From NCBI GenBank assembly GCA_003576855.1, contig QEVI01000001.1, forward strand, positions 1 through 62,109: a DNA stretch of 62,109 bases, written 5' to 3'. Below, piece by piece: positions 19,797-29,395 of the stretch. Source of the DNA: Planctomycetota bacterium. GTDB taxonomy: Bacteria; Planctomycetota; Planctomycetia; Pirellulales; Lacipirellulaceae. The position numbers were made by a program, and so were the translations under genes. Positions within the stretch are counted from its first letter, which is position 1, and each line of letters begins with the position of its first letter. The notes under the pieces were generated by a model. The model did no database searches and was not told the DNA's origin. It saw only the letters and a list, made by a program, of their open reading frames with translations.

Positions 19797-19831
19797 ATGA
19801 GCCGAGGCGGCGCTCGCCGGCCTCGGCTCAT
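19797..19831. terminator. Strong hairpin between convergent hrpB and PEP-CTERM genes
   Basis: ATGAGCCGAGGC...GCCTCGGCTCAT 12-bp perfect outer stem immediately after the hrpB stop. Confidence 0.65.
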
Positions 19832-19861
19832 AAACACTTGCACGGCTGGCGGTGTGGTCGA

Positions 19862-21148
19862 TCAGGCGTCCTGCCGCGCGGTCCTGCGGGTGCGGGCTGC
19901 TTGCACCAGCGCGGCCGCACACGCTAGGGCGAGACCGGCGCTGGCGGGCTCCGGAACGGCGCCGGCGGCGGCTGTTGCGCTGGCGCCGAAAGCGCTCTTC
20001 CACGCCGCCAGGTCCGCCGCGTCGTAGGTGGCCGGAAAGCCCCGCTGCCAGACGAGCAGGTCGTTGCCGTCGACATCGCTATCGGCGTCGAAATCGGCCG
20101 ACGGGGTCTGGCCCGTGGCCGCATTCCACAGACCGACGGCTTCTTGCACCGTAAGTTGCCGGCCGATCCACAAGGCCATTTCGTCGATCCATCCGTTCCA
20201 GGTGTGGTCGTGCGGCGCGGTCGTGCGGGTGCCGATCCGCGCATCGAACGGAGCCGTGATGCCCCAGCTATCGGTGCTGTCGGCGTAGCGGTCGGTGGTG
20301 ATGTGTTCGCCGTCGATGACCAGGATCACATCGTTGATGTCGTCGCCGTTGCGGGAGACGACAATGTGGTGCCAGCTATTATCCTTCACGGCGAAGCCCG
20401 AGCCGGGGCCGGCCGGTCCGAACGGACCTGGGTGGTTGTCGCGATGAGGAATTTGGAAATTCGACTTCAGCGGATCGGCGAATCGATTGTCGAGGCTGAC
20501 GACCAGGTTGGCCCCCGCGCCGAGGTCAATCTGGAAGTGGCCGCGGTCGTCGACGTCAGACGTATCCAGGGCGCTACTACCGGGCAGGTCTTCGCCCTCG
20601 AAGTTGTTGGTGAACAGCCGCTCGCCGCCACCGCTGGAGACGCCGAACTGAACCTCGCTTTCCGCCGGCGCGAACGGGTCGGCCGGCACCTTGAACCACG
20701 CGGCGACGGTCATCGTGGTGTGGGCGAAGCGGTTTTCGCCGCCCGGCCCGAAGGGGGCGCCGAGATTCACGGCCAGCGCGTTATTGGTGAACAGCGACTT
20801 GTTTCCGGCATTGAACCCTGGCAGCGGAATCGTGGTCAGGTTGGCGCCGTCCCACTTGTACACGGCGTCCGGTCCCGCGGAGCCGGCGTAGCCGAGCAGG
20901 TCGCCGACCTGCGGTTCGGTGTTCGGCGCGCCGACGCCGAGGCCCTCGTGCGTGCCGTTGAGCCCGCTAGAACCGGTGTTGATTACGGTTCCGATGCTCG
21001 TTTCATCGAGGCGGTAGTAGTGGGTCGGATTCAGGGCGGTCACTGCGGCGGCATAGTCGCCCCGAGCGGAATCGCCGTGCAAACACAGCGCGGCGACGAC
21101 CAGTAGCGGCACGACGCGCAACGGTCTGTTGGTCATGAAATGAAACAT
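19862..21148 (-). CDS. PEP-CTERM surface protein with a LamG/concanavalin-like domain and a dockerin-like module
   Basis: Signal peptide; NPTHYYRLDE, WHHIVVSR, GWIDEMALW (LamG-like); ADFDADSDVDGNDLLVWQR; VPEP + TM helix + basic tail. Confidence 0.82.
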   Translation of the reverse strand: MFHFMTNRPLRVVPLLVVAALCLHGDSARGDYAAAVTALNPTHYYRLDETSIGTVINTGSSGLNGTHEGLGVGAPNTEPQVGDLLGYAGSAGPDAVYKWDGANLTTIPLPGFNAGNKSLFTNNALAVNLGAPFGPGGENRFAHTTMTVAAWFKVPADPFAPAESEVQFGVSSGGGERLFTNNFEGEDLPGSSALDTSDVDDRGHFQIDLGAGANLVVSLDNRFADPLKSNFQIPHRDNHPGPFGPAGPGSGFAVKDNSWHHIVVSRNGDDINDVILVIDGEHITTDRYADSTDSWGITAPFDARIGTRTTAPHDHTWNGWIDEMALWIGRQLTVQEAVGLWNAATGQTPSADFDADSDVDGNDLLVWQRGFPATYDAADLAAWKSAFGASATAAAGAVPEPASAGLALACAAALVQAARTRRTARQDA

Positions 21149-21446
21149 GCGGGCCCCCTCGAAAGTGGTACAAGTGGTGGCGATCACGGCGAGTCGAACG
21201 GCTTAAACGAGAAGCGAGCGCGGCGCGCTTCCAGACGAGCAATCCCTATGCGATAACCCTCGGTAGCGGGAATGTCAACCGTGCGAGCCACGTCCTGGCC
21301 GATTTTTCGGTCGAGATTGGCGCCGCCGGCCGCCCCTGTGCGGTACCATGGCGGGGGCTCTGTGTCGCCCGTCCTGCATTCCTTAACGGTCGCAGTCGCT
21401 CGACCGCGCTTGCGCTTCGACTTGCGACGAAGGTACGAGGAGTTCC

Positions 21447-22403
21447 ATGACTCAATCCCGCCGAACGTTTTTGAGTTCCGCCGCAACCGTGGCCGGGGCT
21501 GGGGCCGGCTGGGCCGCCCAGCGTGGACGCGCTGCGGAAAGCACTGAAGGCGCCGCCACGGCCCCGCCGCGAGGCAACCCGATCGCCGTTTCCACGTACT
21601 CCTTCTGGCGCTTCAAGGACGACTCGAAGCTGTCGATCGAAGCGTGCATCGATGAAGCCGCGAAGATGGGCTTCGACGCCGTCGAACTGCTCCACATCCA
21701 GATGGAAAGCGAAGACGACGCTTACCTGCAAAAGCTCAAGCAGCGGGCGTTCGTCAACGGCATGAGCCTGTGCGGGCTAAGCACGCATCAAGGCTTCGTT
21801 TCCCCCGACAAGGCCAAGCGTCAGGAAAACATCGACCACACCAACCGCGTGATCGAACTGGCCTACAAGCTCGGCATCCCGACGATGCGCGTCAACACCG
21901 GCCGGTGGGGCACCTCGAAGGACTTCGACGAGCTGATGGTCAACCGCGGCATCGAGCCGCGGCTCGAAGGCTACACCGATGAGGATGGGTTCAAGTGGGT
22001 CATCGACTCGCTCAGCCAGTGCCTGCCGACGGCCGAGAAGTGCGGCGTCACGCTCGGCCTGGAAAACCACTGGGGGCTGGGGCGCACGGCCGAAGGCGTA
22101 CTGCGCATCGTCAAGGCGATTGACTCGCCCTGGCTGAAATGCACCCTCGACACGGGAAACTTTTTGGAGGACCCTTACGATCAACTGGAAATGATGGCGC
22201 CCCAGACCGTCTTCGTGCAGGCGAAGACGTACTTCGGCGGCGGCATCTGGTACACGCTGGACCTGGATTACCCGCGGATCGCCGAGATGCTCCGCCGCCA
22301 TAACTACCGCGGATACATCTCGCTGGAATTCGAAGGGAACGAAGACTGGCGAACCGCCATCCCCAGAAGCTTGTCGCTACTGCGTGAGGCGTTCCAAGCG
22401 TGA
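21447..22403 (+). CDS. Tat-exported sugar phosphate isomerase/epimerase
   Basis: SRRTFL Tat motif; LENHWG, LDTGNF, VQAK, ISLEFEG; GAGGAG RBS. Confidence 0.9.
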   Translation: MTQSRRTFLSSAATVAGAGAGWAAQRGRAAESTEGAATAPPRGNPIAVSTYSFWRFKDDSKLSIEACIDEAAKMGFDAVELLHIQMESEDDAYLQKLKQRAFVNGMSLCGLSTHQGFVSPDKAKRQENIDHTNRVIELAYKLGIPTMRVNTGRWGTSKDFDELMVNRGIEPRLEGYTDEDGFKWVIDSLSQCLPTAEKCGVTLGLENHWGLGRTAEGVLRIVKAIDSPWLKCTLDTGNFLEDPYDQLEMMAPQTVFVQAKTYFGGGIWYTLDLDYPRIAEMLRRHNYRGYISLEFEGNEDWRTAIPRSLSLLREAFQA

Positions 22404-22456
22404 ACTGGCGGCATCCGACTCGCCTTGCGCGAGCGTTTAGCAGTCGGGGGCGCGGC

Positions 22457-22485
22457 TCGGCCCGCAAGCGGGCCGGCTAAATCTC
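22457..22485 (+). repeat. REP-like element TCGGCCCGC(A/G)AGCGGGCCGGCTAAATCTC (copy 1)
   Basis: 28/29 identical to 46768-46796; internal hairpin GGCCCGC-nn-GCGGGCC. Confidence 0.8.
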
Positions 22486-22529
22486 CGACCCGGAAAAGAC
22501 TGTTTAGCCGCAGCGCTAGGGCGCACGCC

Positions 22530-22571
22530 AAATCTCAAATCATAAATCAGAAATCCTAAATCCCAAATCCC
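22530..22571 (+). repeat. Heptamer tandem array (AAATCNN) x6
   Basis: AAATCTC AAATCAT AAATCAG AAATCCT AAATCCC AAATCCC, ending 9 bp before the ltaE ATG. Confidence 0.9.
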
Positions 22572-22580
22572 CCCTCGCTC

Positions 22581-23639
22581 ATGTCCGCCGCCAGCCGCGC
22601 CGTCACGCCCGGTCACCAGTTCGCCAGCGACAACACGGCCGGCGTTTGTCCGGAAGCGCTGGCGGCCTTGATTGAAGCCAACGCCGATTTCGCGCCCTCC
22701 TATGGCAACGACCTGCACACGGCCGCCGTCGCCGATCGCCTGCGCGAGATATTCGAAACCCGCTGTGAAGTGTTTTTCGTATTCAACGGCACGGCCGCCA
22801 ATTCGCTGGCCGTTTCGACCTGTTGCATGCCGTACCACAGCGTCGTGTGCAGCGACGCGGCGCACCTGGAGACCGATGAATGCGGCGGTCCGGAGTTCTT
22901 CTCCGGCGGGGCGAAGATCCTGCTGGCGCCGTCGCGCAACGGCAAGCTCGATCCGGCGGCCGTGGAGGAACTGGCCACGCGGCGCACCGACATCCACTTC
23001 CCCAAGCCGCGGCTGCTAAGCCTCACGCTCCCGACCGAACTGGGCGGCGTGTATTCGCTGGATGAACTAGAAGCGCTGGGCCGATTGGCCGAGCGCCTCC
23101 GCCTGCGCGTCCACATGGACGGCGCCCGCTTCGCCAACGCCGTGGCGGCGCTCGGCGCGTCGCCGGCGGAAATCGTCCGCCGCGGCCGCGTCGACGTGTT
23201 GTGCCTTGGCGGCACGAAGATCGGCTTGCCGGTCGGCGAAGCGGTCGTCTTCTTCGATTGCGACCTGGCGCAGGAGTTCGCCTATCGTTGCAAGCAAGCC
23301 GGCCAGCTTGCCTCGAAGATGCGGTTCCTGACGGCGCCTTGGCTCGGCATACTGCGGGACGGCGCCTGGCTGCGGCACGCCGCCCATGCCAACGCCATGG
23401 CGCGGCGACTATCGGCCGGGCTGGCCGACATTCCCGGCGTAAAACTGCTCCACCCGACCGAGGCCAACGCCGTCTTCGCGGCGCTGCCGCCGGCGGTTCA
23501 CCAGCGTCTCGTGGCTCGCGGCTGGCAATACTATACCTTCATCGGCCAAGGCGCCGCGCGATTCATGTGCTGCTGGGCAACGACGGCCGAGGACGTCGCC
23601 GCCTTGCTGCGTGACGCGGCGTCTGCGGAGAACGATTGA
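22581..23639 (+). CDS. ltaE: Low-specificity L-threonine aldolase (PLP-dependent)
   Basis: FASDN, FNGTAANSL, HLETDECGGPEF, HMDGARFANA, GGTK (PLP Lys), QLASKMRF. Confidence 0.9.
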   Translation: MSAASRAVTPGHQFASDNTAGVCPEALAALIEANADFAPSYGNDLHTAAVADRLREIFETRCEVFFVFNGTAANSLAVSTCCMPYHSVVCSDAAHLETDECGGPEFFSGGAKILLAPSRNGKLDPAAVEELATRRTDIHFPKPRLLSLTLPTELGGVYSLDELEALGRLAERLRLRVHMDGARFANAVAALGASPAEIVRRGRVDVLCLGGTKIGLPVGEAVVFFDCDLAQEFAYRCKQAGQLASKMRFLTAPWLGILRDGAWLRHAAHANAMARRLSAGLADIPGVKLLHPTEANAVFAALPPAVHQRLVARGWQYYTFIGQGAARFMCCWATTAEDVAALLRDAASAEND

Positions 23640-23681
23640 CGAGAGCGAAGCTTTGGCTGCGGCAGTCGCCGCCGGCGCATC

Positions 23682-23885
23682 TCAACCGCTTGCCGTGGAC
23701 AACGACGGTTCGTTGAGCTTCACCAGCACGCGTTCGATGGTTTCTTCCTCCGCCATGACCAGTTCGCGGAACGAAGGCGTCCGCGTGCGGTGCTCTTCGA
23801 CCCGTTTCTCCTTGAGAACCTGGCGCAGAATAGCGCCGAGCAACCGGCGCTCTTCTTCAGAGAGCGTCATGTGAAAATCGTTCAT
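23682..23885 (-). CDS. Small helical hypothetical protein (67 aa)
   Basis: GGAGG RBS before ATG 23885; MNDFHMTLSEEERRLL...RVEEHRT; fills the gap between ltaE and the dinB-like gene. Confidence 0.7.
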   Translation of the reverse strand: MNDFHMTLSEEERRLLGAILRQVLKEKRVEEHRTRTPSFRELVMAEEETIERVLVKLNEPSLSTASG

Positions 23886-24126
23886 GGCAACCTCCGGCAA
23901 TCCGCGGTCGATATCCCACGGGGCGTCGTGCTCCTGGACTACTTGCATTATACGGAGCAGACCGGCGACGCTGAAAACAACTGGTGCAATCCAGCTACGC
24001 CGACCGCCATGTTCGCCGCACTGCGCGAGGCGATCCATTGCAATACGGGGCGGAGTTATGTACATTAGTACATTTGTCGGCATTTGCGCGCCCGATCCCC
24101 GGTTCTAGCCTATGGAGGAAAGCGTC

Positions 24127-24627
24127 ATGACCTACGCGGAACTGCTGTCGCCGGAGTTTGTTTACGAGATGCAGAACACCCGTAAAGTCCTGGAGCGCGT
24201 GCCGGACGACAAGCTCGACTGGCGTGCGCACCCCAAAAGCAACACCATCGGCTGGGTCGCCAGCCATCTGGTCGAGATTCCCGGTTGGGTCGAGGGAACG
24301 CTCACGCAGCCGACGTGGGAGATGCAGCCGGAAGGGGGCGAGCGCTATCGCACGCCGCTGCTCGGCAGCCGTGACGAGATGCTCGAGGCGTTTGACCGGA
24401 ACGTGAAAGCGGCCCGCAAGGCGCTGTCGCAGACCAGCGACGAGGCGATGAAGCAGTCGTGGTCGCTGCTCGACCAGGGCAAGCCGGTGCTCACGATGCC
24501 CCGGGCCGACGTCTTACGGTACTTCATTCTTAACCACACCGTGCATCATCGCGCCATTCTTACGGTGTACCTGCGGCTGAACGATATCCCCGTGCCGGGC
24601 ATGTACGGCCCGTCGGGCGACGAGTAA
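24127..24627 (+). CDS. DinB family protein
   Basis: TRKVLERVP, W-HPKS, ASHL, NHTVHHRAILTVYLR, VPGMYGPS; GGAGG RBS before ATG 24127. Confidence 0.9.
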   Translation: MTYAELLSPEFVYEMQNTRKVLERVPDDKLDWRAHPKSNTIGWVASHLVEIPGWVEGTLTQPTWEMQPEGGERYRTPLLGSRDEMLEAFDRNVKAARKALSQTSDEAMKQSWSLLDQGKPVLTMPRADVLRYFILNHTVHHRAILTVYLRLNDIPVPGMYGPSGDE

Positions 24628-24681
24628 CGGAAGGCACTTGCGCTGTGCGGACGAATGTCGTGCTGTTGTTGCAGTTTCCCG

Positions 24682-24823
24682 GCGCGCGAATCACTCGCAT
24701 AAGCGCGAAAAGGGAAGGACAAGTGATGTTCACATCAGTTTTTCGCGATCGCGTTTTGGGTCGCTGCATGTGGCAATAGCCCAATTCCTCGACCTTTCAC
24801 GCTAATTCGCGTGCTTCGCGGGC
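24682..24823. mobile_element. MITE-like/REP-like ~142-bp element with ~31-bp imperfect terminal inverted repeats
   Basis: Left arm GCGCGCGAATCACTCGCATAAGCGCGAAAAGG (24682-24713) vs reverse complement of right arm GCCCGCGAAGCACGCGAATTAGCGTGAAAGG (24793-24823); mobility not demonstrated. Confidence 0.45.
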
Positions 24824-24825
24824 CA

Positions 24826-26754
24826 TCAAGATGCAACGACTGACTTAGCAGCCAGCGGTCCGAGGGCGGACATCGTCGCGGCGACGAGCCACGCTAGCGC
24901 AAAGGCCGCCGGCTCCGGCACGGCGGCGGCCGGCGAAGCCGGCGCCCGTTGCCGTTGCCAGACCAAGAAGTCGGCGCCGTCGACATCGCCGTCGGCGTCG
25001 GCGTCGCCGTGCGACTTCAGGGCGCCGGCGGCGATCGGGAACCCCTGTCGCCATGCGGCCAGGTCGGCGCCGTCCACGTCACCGTCTTCGTCGAAGTCGG
25101 CGGCGGCATGCACCGGGCAGTAGCCGGGCTTCGCCAAGCCTTGCTGGCAGACCAGGTCGAGCGCGGCCAGAATGTCGAGCTTCCCGAAGCCCCAGCGGGG
25201 ATTGGGCGTCGGGCCGGTGTGGCTATCGGCGACGGCGCTGGCGTGAAGCAGCTCGCGGACTTGGGTGGCCGTCAACTGCGGCGCCGCCTCCAACATCAAG
25301 GCGACGGCGCCGACGACGATCGGCGCCGACCCGCTGGTCGCCCCGCCGCGTCCGTACCAGCCGGCGCCCCCTTCGGCGAGGTTGAACCGGAACGTCGACC
25401 AATACGACTCCGCGGCATAAGCGGCGAAGGCGTTGTGGCCGGGCGCCGTCACGTCCACGCCGGGGGATCGCCCGTCGCGCGTCGGCCCGCCGGACGAGCC
25501 GGGCCACAACTCGCCCGGTTGGCCTTCGCCGACCACCTCGCGCGGTAGGCCGTCCACGTCGACATACTCGGTCTGCAGCACATGAGCCCCGGCCACGATG
25601 GCCGACGTGGTCGACGCGAAGTCCGTCAAGCGGCCCGGCGCCAGGTGGCTTTGAAACGGCATCGGCGTGGTGAGAGTCCCGTCGATGGGCGTGTAGAGGT
25701 CGATCGTGCCTGGCGCCGGCGTCGAGCCGCGGATTCGCACTCGGCCGGGCGACTGGTGGCCGCTGACGTCGACGTACACGAAGTGGTCGCCGCTGGTCGA
25801 GTCGTGGAACTCCCCGAGGTTCGCGTCCGGCGGGTAGTGGAATAGCGTCACGCCTTGGTCAGCCAGGTACTCGTCGGGGCCGGCCGGGCCCACGATCGTT
25901 CCGTCGTCGAACTCGATGGTGATTTCGGCCGGCGCGGCGCCGCTGTACCACATCTGCAGGTATGCCGTTTCGGAACGGACCTTGTCGAACTCGACGATCG
26001 AATCCTGGGCGTCGCTGAACATGGCGCGGGCGTGATTGGGCGCCTCGCCTTCGTCCCCGGAGGCCGCCACGTAGACCCGCCCCGGACGGCTCGCGCCGAA
26101 GACCTCGTCGATCTTCCGGCTGACGGCCGAGGTGCCGTCGATCGGCCCCCATTGCGTGCCGCTGTTGAACAGCCCCACCGCGGGTTGATTGAGCGCGGTC
26201 AGCTTGTCGTCGAGCCAGTCCAGGGCGGCGACATAACTGGCGTTGAACGGCGTCTCGGCGGGTTGGTCGCCGTGCGCCGGCGCCCCTTCACTGGTGACTT
26301 TGATGATCACCAGGTCCGCTTCCGGCGCCATGCCGCGGAATGCGCCGCCGGGCACGGCGCGACCATTGCCGGCCGCCAACCCCGTCGTGACCGTGCCATG
26401 GCCGACGGCATCGCGAGACGCGATGGGCGGACCTCCCGTGAGCGCGGCGTTGATTTGCGCCTGGGAGAATTCGACCGGCTGCGAATGGTCGGGGCTCATG
26501 TCGTAGAGCCACTTGATCCGCGTGGTTCCGTCGGGCTTGATGAAATCAGGATGGTCCCAATCGATGCCGCGGTCCATGATGACGACCGTCACGCCGGCGC
26601 CCGAGGCTCCATATTTCGCCTCCGCGGCGTCGGCGCCGGTCTCGGCGCGGAAGCTGAGCGGCTCGGCGATGCACGGCGCCGTCGCCAGCACTGCCGCCAC
26701 CTGCGCCCAGATTAATCGGGCTGACCGGAACACGCTCCAAAAAGGGCCGGCCAT
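24826..26754 (-). CDS. S8 (subtilisin-like, Csp-type) serine peptidase with a dockerin-like pair and PEP-CTERM anchor
   Basis: Triad MDRG / GHGT / GATSGSAP; DVTAPG; WGFGKLD; two DxDxDGDVDGAD repeats; VPEP + TM; start uncertain. Confidence 0.88.
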   Translation of the reverse strand: MAGPFWSVFRSARLIWAQVAAVLATAPCIAEPLSFRAETGADAAEAKYGASGAGVTVVIMDRGIDWDHPDFIKPDGTTRIKWLYDMSPDHSQPVEFSQAQINAALTGGPPIASRDAVGHGTVTTGLAAGNGRAVPGGAFRGMAPEADLVIIKVTSEGAPAHGDQPAETPFNASYVAALDWLDDKLTALNQPAVGLFNSGTQWGPIDGTSAVSRKIDEVFGASRPGRVYVAASGDEGEAPNHARAMFSDAQDSIVEFDKVRSETAYLQMWYSGAAPAEITIEFDDGTIVGPAGPDEYLADQGVTLFHYPPDANLGEFHDSTSGDHFVYVDVSGHQSPGRVRIRGSTPAPGTIDLYTPIDGTLTTPMPFQSHLAPGRLTDFASTTSAIVAGAHVLQTEYVDVDGLPREVVGEGQPGELWPGSSGGPTRDGRSPGVDVTAPGHNAFAAYAAESYWSTFRFNLAEGGAGWYGRGGATSGSAPIVVGAVALMLEAAPQLTATQVRELLHASAVADSHTGPTPNPRWGFGKLDILAALDLVCQQGLAKPGYCPVHAAADFDEDGDVDGADLAAWRQGFPIAAGALKSHGDADADGDVDGADFLVWQRQRAPASPAAAVPEPAAFALAWLVAATMSALGPLAAKSVVAS

Positions 26755-27039
26755 GAAACGCTCCCCGCTGGTGCAGCGCGCAGAAATGCAACGTGCGGCG
26801 AATGCTTGGGCACGCGAGAACAAACGACGGCGATTTCAAAATACCGCCACAGGGCCGCAGGGTCAAAATAATGCTTCGAGCCGCGGCAGGCGTCGTTTTT
26901 GCGCGGCGACTGAAATAGCATCAAGCTGCGTCGCCGCGAAGTTCATTGATCAGGCCTCAAACTCCAGCGCGCCGCGGCTTATGATACATTGAATCGAACA
27001 GCCGTAACGCGTCGAACACGCTGCCGATCGCCCGAAATC

Positions 27040-27663
27040 ATGTGGCCCGATGAAGATGAAACGCTCGCCTTGCTGCGCGGTGCGCAACGGGGCGACTCCG
27101 CCGCCGTCGAGGGGCTGCTGGAGCGCCATCGCGACTCGCTGCACCGCATGATCGAGTGCCGACTGCACGCCGGCGTCGCGCGGCGCATCGGCGCCAGCGA
27201 CATCGTGCAAGAGACGCTGCTGACGGCGAGCCGGCGGCTGGCCGAGTACCTGCAGAACCCGTCGATGCCGTTCCACGCCTGGCTGCGGCAGTTGGCGCGC
27301 GATCGGCTGGCCGACGTCTACCGCCGGCAGCTCGCCGAAAAGCGCGACGTCTCGCGCGAACGGGCCCTCGACGCGGGACGCGAATCGTCGTACGGCGCCG
27401 CTGCCGAGCTTCGCGACGACCAGTTGACGCCGGCCGCCATGATGCTCCGCCAGGAGCTCGCCGCGCGCTTCAGACAGGCCGTCGCCCAGCTTGAGGAAAC
27501 CTCTCGCGAGATCATCCTCATGCGGCACGCCGAACAGCTCACCAATTCGCAGGCCGCCGAGGTGCTGGGGCTGAGCGAACCGGCGGCGTCGATGCGGTAC
27601 CTCCGCGCCCTGCGGCAACTACGGGCGATCCTCGGCGAATCGGCCGCTCACTGGTTAGGGTGA
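27040..27663 (+). CDS. ECF sigma-70 factor, planctomycete kinase-associated type
   Basis: sigma2 ASDIVQETLL...FHAWLRQLA; sigma4 REIILMRH..LTNSQAAEVLG..MRYLRAL; overlaps the kinase gene by 4 bp. Confidence 0.92.
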   Translation: MWPDEDETLALLRGAQRGDSAAVEGLLERHRDSLHRMIECRLHAGVARRIGASDIVQETLLTASRRLAEYLQNPSMPFHAWLRQLARDRLADVYRRQLAEKRDVSRERALDAGRESSYGAAAELRDDQLTPAAMMLRQELAARFRQAVAQLEETSREIILMRHAEQLTNSQAAEVLGLSEPAASMRYLRALRQLRAILGESAAHWLG

Positions 27664-29390
27664 AGCCGATGTCCGCGGAGCCACAGCCGACGCTCGCCGA
27701 CGCCCAGGCCAGCCGCGCGGTGCGCGTCGCAGCGCTCGTCGAGGAAATGCTCGCCCAAGTCCGCTCCGGCGGACCCGCGGACGTCGAACGAATTGCCGCT
27801 GATCATCCCGATCTGGCCGCCGAGCTTCGCGAGCTTTGGCCTGTGGCGGCGCTGGCCGACGCCCTGGGCAGTACGCCAGTCCTCGACGGGCGCGACGGCG
27901 GAGCCGACGCTACGCCGACTCCCCGCTCCGCTGGCGCTGCCGCCGCGGTCGCCAGCGGCCTGGACGGCTATGAGATCCTCGACCAACTTGGCCGCGGCGG
28001 CATGGGCGTCGTGTTTCGCGCACGGCAGAAAAGCCTGGACCGCATCGTGGCGCTGAAGATCGTGCTCCGCGGCGAGGCGGCCAGCGAAGCGGACCTGGCT
28101 CGTTTTCGCGCCGAAGCCGAAACGGCCGCCCGGCTCAGCCACCCGCACGTCGTACCGGTCTACGAGGTCGGCGAGCACGACGGCCTGCCATATTTCACGA
28201 TGAAGTACGTGCCGGGCAAAACGCTGGCGCAGCGGCTGGCGGAAGGGCCGCTATCGGGCCGCGAGGCAGCCCGGCTGCTGGCGCCGGTGGCGCGGGCGAT
28301 CGCCGATGCGCACCGGCAGGGCGTGCTGCACCGCGATCTGAAGCCGTCGAATATCCTCATCGACGCTGAAGGGCGGGCGTATGTCAGCGACTTCGGCCTG
28401 GCGAAACGGCTGCTGGCCACGTCCGACGAGGGCGGAGCGAGCCTGGCGTCGCTGACGCAAACCGGCGCGATTCTCGGCACGCCTGGTTACATGAGCCCGG
28501 AGCAAGCTGCCGGCAGTCGCGGCGTCGTCGGCCCGGCGAGCGACGTGTACAGTCTGGGCGCTATTCTGTACGCCATGCTCACCGGCCGGCCGCCGTTTCA
28601 AGCCGCCTCGCCGGTCGATACGGTGCTCATGGTGCTGGAGCAGGACCCGGTGTCGCCCGAAGTGCTCAATCCCCGCGTGGACCGCGATCTGGAGATGGTG
28701 GCCCTCAAGTGCCTGCAGAAGCCCGTCGAGCTTCGTTATCGCACGGCGGACGAACTGGCGGACGACCTCGAGGCCTACCTGGCCAACGAGCCCCTGCTCG
28801 CGCGATCGTCGCGCTTTACGCAGATCGTCGCCCGGGCGCTGCGCGAAACGCATCACGCGGCGATCCTCGAGAACTGGGGACTGCTGTGGATCCTGCACGC
28901 GGCGGTGTTGCTGGTGCTGTCGATCGTGACCAACGCCTTCCAACTGGCCGGCGTCACCACCCGCTGGCCCTACGTGGGGCTGTGGACGCTCGGCCTCGGC
29001 GGCTGGGCGGCGATCTTCTGGAACCTCCGCCATCGCAGCGGCCCGATCACCTTCGTCGAGCGGCAGATCGCGCATGTCTGGGCCGGGGCCATGGTCGTCG
29101 ACACGCTGATGTACGCCATCGAATGGCAGCTCCGCTTGCCCGTGCTCACGCTCTCGCCGCTGTTGGGACCGATCGGCGGATCGGTGTTCCTCGCCAAGGC
29201 CGCGATGCTCTCCGGCAAGTTCTACGTGCATGCCGCCGCGTTGTGTCTCACCGGGCTGGCCATGGCCTGGCTGCAACAGCAATCGGTGATGCCCAACATC
29301 GGGCTGACGCTGTTTGGCATCGTCTGTTCGTGTTGCTTCTTCGTGCCCGGATGGAAGTACTACCGGCAGGTACGGCAAGTCGGCCGGTAG
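27660..29390 (+). CDS. Hanks-type Ser/Thr protein kinase with a C-terminal multi-TM domain
   Basis: LGRGGMG, VALK, HRDLKPSN, DFGLAK, GTPGYMSPEQ, DVYSLG; about 6 hydrophobic helices at the C-terminus. Confidence 0.95.
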   Translation: MKPMSAEPQPTLADAQASRAVRVAALVEEMLAQVRSGGPADVERIAADHPDLAAELRELWPVAALADALGSTPVLDGRDGGADATPTPRSAGAAAAVASGLDGYEILDQLGRGGMGVVFRARQKSLDRIVALKIVLRGEAASEADLARFRAEAETAARLSHPHVVPVYEVGEHDGLPYFTMKYVPGKTLAQRLAEGPLSGREAARLLAPVARAIADAHRQGVLHRDLKPSNILIDAEGRAYVSDFGLAKRLLATSDEGGASLASLTQTGAILGTPGYMSPEQAAGSRGVVGPASDVYSLGAILYAMLTGRPPFQAASPVDTVLMVLEQDPVSPEVLNPRVDRDLEMVALKCLQKPVELRYRTADELADDLEAYLANEPLLARSSRFTQIVARALRETHHAAILENWGLLWILHAAVLLVLSIVTNAFQLAGVTTRWPYVGLWTLGLGGWAAIFWNLRHRSGPITFVERQIAHVWAGAMVVDTLMYAIEWQLRLPVLTLSPLLGPIGGSVFLAKAAMLSGKFYVHAAALCLTGLAMAWLQQQSVMPNIGLTLFGIVCSCCFFVPGWKYYRQVRQVGR

Positions 29391-29395
29391 GAATG

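Noticed and set aside
22530-22571. CRISPR-like repeat
   Set aside because: The unit is 7 bp with no spacers, and there are no cas genes in the window
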